DNA from: Rhodospirillales bacterium
GTDB lineage: Bacteria > Pseudomonadota > Alphaproteobacteria > Rhodospirillales > JAPHRK01
Direction of reading: 5' to 3'
Length of the DNA stretch: 64,000 bases
NCBI GenBank assembly: GCA_026196105.1
Contig: JAPHRK010000041.1
Span: 11,970-75,969 of the forward strand
Part shown: positions 63,701 through 64,000 of the stretch, piece after piece
Layout: each line of letters opens with the position of its first letter
How positions within the stretch are numbered: position 1 is the first letter of the stretch
Position numbers and translations under genes: made by a program
Notes under the pieces: generated by a model
What the model was told of the DNA's origin: nothing
Database searches by the model: none
Seen by the model: only the letters and a program-made list of their open reading frames with translations

Positions 63701-64000
63701 TGGCAATCTCACAATTACAGATGTCGATACATCTGATGGTGATGATGGAACCGATACCATTACTAATGTTGAGGTGATTAACTTTGCTGATGGCAATGGT
63801 TCAGTTGTGTCAACTGATGTACAGCTAACAGGTGACGCTGGTGATAATACATTTAATGTCGGCACCTATATTTCTTCAGTAGATGGCGGGACAGGTACTG
63901 ATACACTCAACCTCAGTGATATCGGTAATGTCATTAGTGTTTCCAATATCGAGATACTAAACGGTGGCCTTGGAAGTGATTTTGTTAACTATGTAACTGA
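48777..64000 (+). CDS. Giant (>5,070 aa, 3'-truncated by window) T1SS-type repeat adhesin with a mosaic domain architecture
   Basis: The frame with codon starts at positions divisible by 3 is open from 48756 to 64000. I translated about 48.77-53.65 and 56.5-58.3 kb, read peptide stretches by eye across 58.9-64.0 kb, and spot-checked codon by codon at 8 other places plus the final 41 nt. All ten + strand ORFs the track lists in this span are in another frame. Content, in order: DLILIGSDGTEILITGYF motif, FecR/retention-module-like domain, Ala-rich helical tracts, at least 13 IN-motif-like modules, cadherin/VCBS-like domains and RTX-like repeats. The 5' end is uncertain (see finding). Confidence 0.85.
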   Translation, partial: MSIKNLTPDNDEAGRQFDAVFEASSGAPLVIGEGAWLLKADFVRDGSDLILIGSDGTEILITGYFNVASSPDLQTPGGNLLKASLVESLARETGDVQVAQANQQGATDASPSQPIGTVATAEGLVEVIRADGTKVEVKEGDPIFQGDEIITSDAGTIGITFIDDSSFSLGPEGRMIIDEMVYDPGTQDGKFSGNLVQGVFSFVSGQIAKTGPDAMTLTTPVATIGIRGTKVAGKAAQEGEENTITLLDELDENGNPIVGEVSITTEGGTVVLGAFGQTVSMTSAFLPPPLPFVMSQAEIDEAYGNTLAANPVQEEAVTEPDGTGIQEVAEQARDSLADTISEQAEVFESYKAVAQSIYKPVILQYDRADVAELIGADSPDYSSEIAKFLAVVSSASSAATAAGDAENLASAKSTTLGVEIVAKATATNVGLSTTEAQELASVVTASMKALGAAGSISATASSISKMALAAAAEAGKGTSIDPEILAALEASVSSLQTAATKVATIVTAAITATDSVWATALTAAKAAKALNQSVAQILSDAKSAVTTNFSNEVNNALTGKGVAYTELSGLVDDVTTHITTVTTKMQSAPVSDAMTSAGAAAKTAATQADATATAASDTLAASSADAMLAAAEVAFTAATAAEAARAEADAAVDINVIGAGLDASSFAFFQQAIALDSSAESQAAEATAGITASVNALEAAEGYLDGTAQGKVFGFAQENTISLKSTLITDGTLDASTDTVNANGAIAVTIDGNAFSYNFTSGQTVKAVYDGLVTAINNDANINGIVTAASASDFGPVTLTADIPGQAYTVVDTGSTTDLTSDPTIVTVHTGLAVADVVGVVINGERVTYEVTAEDVKSPLAVVRDGLVSDLQATGAVTATVEAVSSSTGDFTVTLTKDTTSADIVITSPDTDEVTISSYDVTSTVTIDATLAEGDVVGAVINGTTVTYTITAEDMLLDDPMVGVQEALIDSIAEDPTVGALVSAATGTAAGTIVITSATAGTNFTVQSSDAAEATVSTTTITTVSVDNFLEALDSVGVTIEGTTVTYTVQADDLLSSLEKVRSSLIDAINSDTDINGDVTAANGENPDQIALTADNAGTPVTIVSNDDATLTDGQGATYNLQLAAAAQATAKTNADGAASDVLAARSVLADALVTRYIETAKAEAYADALILATDALADANALVTTATANVTTATQAVTDATTDEEASAANQGLANAQAELTFANQVKALFQGAYDKAVTNNTDAIAAKGAAETAVTNAQAEVDDFNDIYQGKLTSYLEKTTELSDAQSEMASAKGALEIAQAAAEAQYQATLEVEVEAVQDLMALVKAAAAEAAANAELAKAEATTDNPEPNKHTAQEAEDAAYKSYQEAQEAFDQIAAVVRANEGDTDDNGASVVSTASGTRGGSTEATVTLSGTIEVGDVYTLTVFAKDDTSTEATATHTIANTGETLITIAQALAGQINGAASVNTLVTAAVDGTTGVITITADTVGVDGDFAFSIRADGTNKEGTIPDANDLEGGYFDVVFRTTDTVATDDPVDFASTSQAAIALRASLLDSAKSTYDLAAEYLTAAESSYNLAVAASDVADLINPTPSSPEEAFAALEAKQAAAKEADEAAKAQAEAEAAAKLLATQKAAEKAAAQAKAAEAASSKADAAEAQQVLAEAQVAIAKTYADLAAAAEAVATQAEIDDDFITASAKAAEASAYAALARVAADTATAAASEAKTLADAATADADGMGGTAATQAERAATASGKAAVASGKVESSATVAEASAVDAKAAADLQEAEDSAAQLAEDAAAAAKAAAAEAAKAATDAAEQAELDRVAEQEAALELVTGLATKAADKATDAEDFAVIALQAAKDVNTTKAEQYAEFARIAAAEAEAAADAAAEAATGKGSAALAKANEAVASSKAAQTSAGTADAASELASGYQEAADAWTDGSSSSDRFDAQKAAATAAAAASAAASSARSASDAYAQAVSDAVQPNIDLATANAVVTARQTSLAEVQAKRTAADDGDNANDTAIELVWDNAVTQAQTALTKAQTAAQTSLDAATAANNAVTVAKGQVQASAQASASASKVAADAAAKSGFAVAYEIGAQQVAQAIADVAVQDIVDAVEAALTEAEAQAAIAATKAAEAKAAVDTEDPNAAAITEAAKIAAGVAEDAAELAFYKAAENLGLTIDSQTTAADWIANVNVDAQDIINAIQTAANTAKASDDRPTGDGIVEPPASLIAAQNAADAAQDAAVLSAVTAIESAEQALNSAVASLDLATKQDAIADAFNASLAVKTAAILAAANSELDGVKQETSAAAKQAEKAYNEVLSAQKAANARADDVDAILEAETDALAARTTTLNAQTQTGLSLSQAQNAETTATTKAAAAQLAYDNALAAGGNTIDPEAFAALKQANDQAQSALSNAQDAVAEVQASLESVNTAATDASTAYDNVQAALEKVATSGGNYVAKTTESTVNSYVSGTESDKDDAATANTNAAAVNPDNTQLAQVQAAITEVEGYLTTARGEATTAAANAAAAKTSLGLAVVVDDGSGVTTSLSELRSDAQKAADAAQSAAATAAGVAQVDTITISGTVENGDVYSVTIGDFTLTYTVSHTVDTSTDNDIGDIRDGLLGSLNSHADINKLIIATAGDADGQIVVTALHEGIPFTSEASAQNVAGGTDDNDAVIATTVASSVSATDIAQVDKVTLSGNIETNDRYSITVDDITVDYTVLAEDIVAGDNDASLVNVRAKVVALVNDHAQISAIVQAATGAAAGEITLSALNAGVAFESSAAGANHDGALNDNIATSTTSVANLKGADDIAAAATQDAIDQAAIVDTKTDAALTASQTVTASIQAKNAADAAETAADTADAQAIIANQKAVDASVWAATAKASADAVLDTNIDLIDALEATAQVTNVVLEGDSVETGDAYTVTVEGVVFKVEAAGSNEFTVTVGGTGVGNLAGANTLEGAVGLLVSLINDNAYGVDGVVTASTDPDNTEVLVITGDATGDDFTVTASAANGGADNTNAVSVNAVVNAVSGTKQVDTIALTGDLDNGDIITVTIDNVDFVYNPGAAATLADAVTYFVNNITGAVASAGGAGEIILTATKAGTGFDATVAVANVAGGAVANTAAIETTTDNVTAAKQASINAQAASADATTAASTAATEKGNADTAVGNALTATQLPNAGTVAQGFYEDAQASATVATAANTAASRDATAAATSASNAVAQANLAESSGTAQEQFIIDALKAAIISADGDADAAAASTEAYLTEATDAALDTAAYAQNVMTEGKQALTTALQQFDSNEPYHPYEDSTHDFYDTNFKINLQAVKDEFQTAEGIISTAIGNEDTNAGTQAANAMADVTADINALLAVSRQEMTVTLDDSISLNDVFQITISSDASPTSYTVQAADIVAGDTQATLENVRNKLIDAINGDTDADDHVVAASGVEDGAIVLTAAAGNIDFTATVSANMATQETGIEFLLNGFLASITQASNTATEVQNQVTTVDGANTIAQAKAALITSDAATLDAMTKSALQDYLDGVGVNPGASENAALAQAQETIAEAAAEFAQGQLITAEQSVGQAVAARVEYENYLVKAVQQAALKAAEEAADAVPDLVDDVVDENSANSFDPANVTAGQAPTEDTAIIINVLGNDKNTGGDLLTSANTLPSISSVGAAVNGGSVSIVAQVDMISMVPVNVGDVYTISIKDASGTTHTITYEVVVGDTHAGSVADKIAAQIANSTMSDVVTVTADNDSRTASVTLTSSTAGDPITVTATNTGVAPTLEHTQPNGYILYTPSKDYNGEDTFNYTVSNNLTPPSFDAATVTVDIAAVNDAPIALSDYVTTAHDDASATGNLLTNDTDVDTGDTKTITKINGSAVSFDVAIDLDGAGAGKATITVKSDGTFTYDPNGDHSNLAVGETALETISYEIEDAAGSTSTANINVTITGSNDAPIAQTAIVGAAADQVDLVTFSGPVAVDDVFSITIDDITVSHTATTTDIADVISALVSDLNGNGTITSQLTAAPSTLDGQAVAGQISLSAKTSQSFQAEASQDNGATAVVTALISGNEDTAISGSLVASDQDTGETATLDYSVAAGGQALNGTVVINSNGTYTYTPDADFDGVDQFTYRVEDVNGAFDTRTVTIDLADVNDAPTVNEDGVIDTASITGDQTAIIRPLTNDIDVEGDAISISNVQIVDQNGNPITGYGTVTVKPQLNTVILKAPATDETFSDLYTVGESVSITVNGTNVSHIITADDLSISDLAYELVTLVNASAEGGNVTASQGSAGQVLITADVVGTPFTASVTATDTTLISVKTSVANASTLAYVPNPIAIQAIARGDVEIEYIKYTVTDGTADSYGTISVNVTGINSAPVTNSDSITVDEGASLDINLLANDGVDGVVDSDGDAMRLVTVSQGSKGDVTLNPDGTITYTPRNTDTNILAVGESTTDSFTYSVTDDHGGLVEETVSVTINGTNDGPEAVADHNSARGSKALVVSATDGLLANDFDLDNGAVLTVTKAGDTSLTGGVVTITSTLGAEVVINSDGSYTYDASGAANLNNLIAGETASDSFTYTVSDQYDAKASATVTITVTGNTILVSGIQTVFLQANSDDYIFGSTGDDTITFSGAAESGDAFVGGEGNDVLHLDDTGNTITVSEAEIVNGGNGVDIIGAEGYTAQTIYGEDGDDTLISSEGQHYLVGGTGNDALTAQAGASAIADYRETSEGVAASAGITVTSNTSVNGAQTGTDTLTNIERIIGTNEVDSFTGDGSTFIAFEGLGGNDSFTGVVDNGGTANINEFANTWVSYELSSSFVTVTLGASGSASGTDIGTDALYNIGGVTGSAHGDILTGSAADETFEGMAGNDTIDGGSGTNDTVTYEFSNGVVVDLDAGTAIGANSGSDVLSNIENVTGSDVTDSITGNASNNVLSGFGGDDTLIGGGGDDTLLGGAGDDFIDGGVGTADVVDYTGSFAGYLISSDGAGNLTITDVDTSDGDDGTDTITNVEVINFADGNGSVVSTDVQLTGDAGDNTFNVGTYISSVDGGTGTDTLNLSDIGNVISVSNIEILNGGLGSDFVNYVT
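49119..49475 (+). other. FecR-like / T1SS-adhesin retention-module-like domain within the giant ORF
   Basis: IGTVATAEGLVEVIRADGTKVEVKEGDPIFQGDEIITSDAGTIGITFIDDSSFSLGPEGRMIIDE...TPVATIGIRGT. This is the same pattern as the N-terminal plug of LapA-type adhesins, as I recall it. Confidence 0.5.
50997..52110 (+). repeat. Four tandem ~90-110-aa beta modules (flagellin/FliD 'IN'-motif-like)
   Basis: Each module carries (I/V)(N/D/E)G..(V/F).Y.(V/F/I)....(V/L)...L...I(N)......V(T/S)A.....G....LTA. Examples: VTIDGNAFSYNF...AINNDANINGIVTAA...VTLTAD, and VTIEGTTVTYTV...AINSDTDINGDVTAA...IALTAD. Confidence 0.6.
53004..53285 (+). repeat. Single IN-motif-like module
   Basis: ATVTLSGTIEVGDVYTLTVF...ALAGQINGAASVNTLVTAAVDGTTGVITITADTVG. 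Confidence 0.55.
53400..56500 (+). repeat. Longest Ala-rich (A/E/Q/T/D/K) low-complexity, presumably alpha-helical tract (~1,030 aa)
   Basis: Examples: AKQAAAKEADEAAKAQAEAEAAAKLLATQKAAEKAAAQAKAAEAA, and ...DAAQDAAVLSAVTAIESAEQALNSAV. Shorter tracts lie at about 49.9-50.95, 52.1-53.0, 57.17-57.49, 58.15-58.88 and 59.17-59.6 kb. Confidence 0.7.
56499..57165 (+). repeat. Two tandem IN-motif-like modules
   Basis: QVDTITISGTVENGDVYSVTIGDFTLTYTV...LNSHADINKLIIATA...IVVTALHEG, and QVDKVTLSGNIETNDRYSITVDDITVDYTV...VNDHAQISAIVQAAT...ITLSALNAG. Confidence 0.6.
57492..58145 (+). repeat. Two tandem IN-motif-like modules
   Basis: QVTNVVLEGDSVETGDAYTVTVEGVVFKV...LINDNAYGVDGVVTAS...LVITGDATG, and QVDTIALTGDLDNGDIITVTIDNVDFVY...IILTATKAG. 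Confidence 0.6.
58881..59170 (+). repeat. Single IN-motif-like module
   Basis: QEMTVTLDDSISLNDVFQITISSDASPTSYTVQAADIV...AINGDTDADDHVVAAS...IVLTAAAGN. Confidence 0.55.
59820..60100 (+). repeat. Single IN-motif-like module
   Basis: QVDMISMVPVNVGDVYTISIKDASGTTHTITYEV...QIANSTMSDVVTVTAD...VTLTSSTAG. Confidence 0.55.
60100..60650 (+). repeat. Cadherin-like / VCBS-type adhesin domains
   Basis: YTPSKDYNGEDTFNYTV...VDIAAVNDAPIA...LLTNDTDVDTGD...DGTFTYDPNG...ETISYEIEDAAG...VTITGSNDAPIA. Confidence 0.6.
60657..60935 (+). repeat. Single IN-motif-like module
   Basis: QVDLVTFSGPVAVDDVFSITIDDITVSHTA...LVSDLNGNGTITSQLTAA...ISLSAKTSQ. Confidence 0.55.
61440..61700 (+). repeat. Single IN-motif-like module
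   Basis: DLYTVGESVSITVNGTNVSHIITADDL...LVNASAEGGNVTASQG...VLITADVVGTPF. Confidence 0.5.
61700..62545 (+). repeat. Cadherin-like / VCBS-type adhesin domains
   Basis: VNVTGINSAPVT...LLANDGVDG..DSDGD...DGTITYTP...DSFTYSVTDDHG...VTINGTNDGPEA...LLANDFDLDNG...DGSYTYDA...DSFTYTVSD. Confidence 0.6.
62560..64000 (+). repeat. RTX-like Gly/Asp-rich calcium-binding repeats, continuing past the window
   Basis: GSTGDDTITF, GGEGNDVLHL, GGTGNDALTA, GLGGNDSFTG, GMAGNDTIDGGSGTNDTV, GFGGDDTLIGGGGDDTLLGGAGDDFIDGG, GGLGSDFV. Confidence 0.7.

Noticed and set aside
48752-63865. Many minus-strand ORFs of 60-184 aa in the track (for example 48752-49306, 49916-50332, 51389-51907, 62915-63358) and + strand ORFs in another frame (for example 54316-54741).
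   Set aside because: All lie inside the giant + strand ORF. Their translations are low-complexity Ser/Pro/Ala/Leu strings, typical of shadow frames of GCN-rich coding sequence, and they have no motifs.
48777-64000. The giant protein as a 'giant flagellin', because of its flagellin-like composition and IN-like modules.
   Set aside because: It has a retention-module-like N-terminus, cadherin/VCBS domains and RTX repeats, and is more than 5,000 aa long. All of these point to a T1SS adhesin. I saw no flagellin N- or C-terminal D0/D1 motifs.
1-64000. Search for CRISPR arrays, IS elements or transposases, integrases, prophage genes, toxin-antitoxin pairs or recognised anti-phage defence genes.
   Set aside because: None is recognisable in the ORF translations or in the repeat structure I could see by eye.

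Overview
This is a densely coding bacterial chromosomal window. Gene content looks proteobacterial, possibly alphaproteobacterial, but that is only an impression. I saw no rRNA, CRISPR array, IS element, integrase or phage genes.

Layout, left to right:
1. 0.2-6.2 kb, minus strand: DEAD-box helicase, a degenerate PyrD-like protein, a NosR/NirI-family membrane redox protein and the ApbE flavin transferase.
2. 6.5-31.7 kb: a ~25-kb sugar-nucleotide and glycosyltransferase island. It encodes HddA/HddC-like heptose activation, a GMD/Rmd-like SDR, a ColD-like 3-dehydratase, two Fcl-like reductases, an orphan TPP E1 alpha/beta pair and a NodU-type carbamoyltransferase. It also has two radical-SAM enzymes, methyltransferases, a methyltransferase-aminotransferase fusion and five glycosyltransferase-like proteins. 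I could see no membrane, flippase, polymerase or export gene in it.
3. 31.9-36.4 kb: housekeeping genes (Lrp-ald pair, thioesterase, acyl-CoA dehydrogenase, MarR, small SH3-like protein).
4. 36.7-46.5 kb, minus strand: an FTR1 iron permease translationally packed against a 1135-aa protein that combines a TM domain, a beta-propeller and six CxxCH motifs. The cluster also holds a FAD oxidoreductase, two secreted proteins of unknown function and a polytopic membrane protein, and has Fur-box-like sites upstream.
5. 46.5-48.5 kb: MDR dehydrogenase, tRNA-Ser(GCU) and a PilZ protein.
6. ~48.78 kb to the window edge: one giant open frame of more than 5,070 codons, truncated at nt 64000. It is missing from the supplied ORF track because it has no in-frame ATG at its 5' end and no stop inside the window. 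It encodes a type-I-secretion-style adhesin.

The candidates I consider most novel are the FTR1 / propeller-multihaem operon, the giant mosaic adhesin with its PilZ neighbour, and the export-less glycan island.
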